NCBI RefSeq assembly: GCF_036321535.1
Contig: NC_087472.1
Coordinates: 102,736,001-102,800,000, forward strand
DNA length: 64,000 nucleotides
Reading direction: 5' to 3'
DNA from: Camelus dromedarius
Taxonomy: Eukaryota
The position numbers and the translations under genes were made by a program. Each line of letters opens with the position of its first letter. Within the stretch, counting starts at the first letter, position 1. The notes beneath the pieces are model-generated. The model did not search any database, had not been told where the DNA came from, and was given only the letters and a program-made list of their open reading frames with translations. Below are positions 62,641-64,000 of the stretch, in pieces.

Positions 62641-64000
62641 TTCTGTTTTCCTCCATGTCCTCTGTGCCTGTGCCTAGGAGCTTAATATATACATTTAAAT
62701 GGATTGTTATTCAAACTTTGGGGCCATTTTCTGATTGCACTGAAGGTTCAGCCCAGGTGTTGTCTAACAGGCTACAGACTGAGTCACCATTTCAGGTACA
62801 GAACAGAACAGGAACAACAGGAACAACATCATGAAAAATCTTACTGGATTTCAAATCTAATTTTAAAAGAAAAAAACCTTAAACCCAGGAATTGCTTTTT
62901 TTAGCTGTTAGAATCCACGTAGCTCCTTCAGTGTGAAGCCTTTATACGATGTACCTAGGCCACTGGGTCTGGTTTCATCATCTAAATTGGTACTTTTCTG
63001 ATGTGGCTTTGAGGGAAGAAGGTGAAAACTAATCAGAAGAAGATTGCCTTGTGTGTGAGCTGGCTATTATTCAAAGGGTGAATCTATGGGTGGAAAGAGA
63101 AAAGAGATAATCAAAACATAGCCTCTACTTGTAGGGCTGCAACTATCATAAGTTAATTTTATGTTCCAATCCTTTTCTCCTGTTTGGGGTCAGTGCACAT
63201 ATCACACCCTCATATATAACTGACTAATGGTGAAGAACTCTGTCCTTTCTTGCATTAATTATTATGTTCATGTTACTTTCATTACAGCACAAAGAGCCAT
63301 CAGCAGGCATTCACACATTTTTTTGGTCAATTGAAATTATTTTATAGATGTTCTTTTATATTTATTATTTTAGAGATACTCTCTAAGTATCTTTACTCTA
63401 AAGATATGCATCTCTTTCAAGGGTACCTGGTGGAAATTTCAGCATGGTATCTCAAACATGATGGTTGGCTTCACCACAACTGCTGGCCATCGCTATCAGA
63501 GGACTAAAGAGTTCAGCCTGGCTTCTCATGATGTCCAGTCGAAGAGCTGCCCCCTAGCTTGTGACTGGAGCTATGTGTAAAGAGCTTATTATCACTCTTA
63601 TGTCAACATGCCCTGAAACCTCTATCTGCTATCACTTTAGACTTTGTGCTGCTGCTGCTGCTAATTCTTGTTCCAAGTGATCACCACTCTGCCATACAGG
63701 GGTTTTAAGTTAGTCTTTTATAGCGGGTTTTTTTTTTTTTTTAAGCACACTGTTAACCCTCCCTTTGACTAGTGGTATAGCCATTTATTTTTCTTCCAAG
63801 GATGTTCATTAAAAATGCTTTCACAATAAAATGATGCATTATGTTTCTATTATTTTAGGTCCATAATCTCTCTATCTTTTAGACTTTTAAAGTTTCCCCT
63901 TTTTCTACTCTAATATTCATCTTAAGAATCTAAAGCTCCAAGCTTCTCTTTTCTGAGCTGGAATAACTTTTGAGATGCATTTCTGAACAAAGTTTACCAA

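Noticed and set aside
1..64000. ORF-track entries as host protein-coding genes
   Set aside because: All are 150 aa or shorter, many use non-ATG starts, and the recognisable ones (e.g. 2088-2327, 7348-7638, 13314-13652, 41245-41906, 44682-45231) are decayed L1 ORF pieces; no host protein family recognised

Overview
Mammalian genomic DNA, very probably camelid (alpaca/llama/camel): four copies of a tRNA-Ala-derived SINE match the camelid vic-1 family as I recall it. The window is AT-rich and dominated by interspersed repeats: old and lineage-specific L1 pieces, L2, MIR, MaLR/ERVL/ERV1 LTRs, an ERV1-type internal segment, and hAT/Tigger DNA-transposon fossils. I cannot support any host protein-coding exon; the ORF-track hits I can recognise are decayed L1 ORF1/ORF2 pieces. 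The best functional candidate is a compact CpG-rich promoter at about 15020-15510. It has three tandem (T/C)CGCGAGA (CGCG/BANP-type) motifs, two CCAAT boxes and divergent splice donors, suggesting a bidirectional promoter of unidentified transcript(s). It is abutted by a 5'-intact L1 carrying three nested insertions. Several retrotransposition oddities can be read from target-site duplications (TSDs): a probable 3' transduction with 5' inversion, a tailless L1 fragment, and a TSD-bounded multiply deleted mini-L1. There is also an LTR with an internal inversion and a MER53 with a duplicated miR-1302-like arm. Repeat family names come from remembered consensus sequences, not from a RepeatMasker run. 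Boundaries are approximate unless a TSD is quoted.
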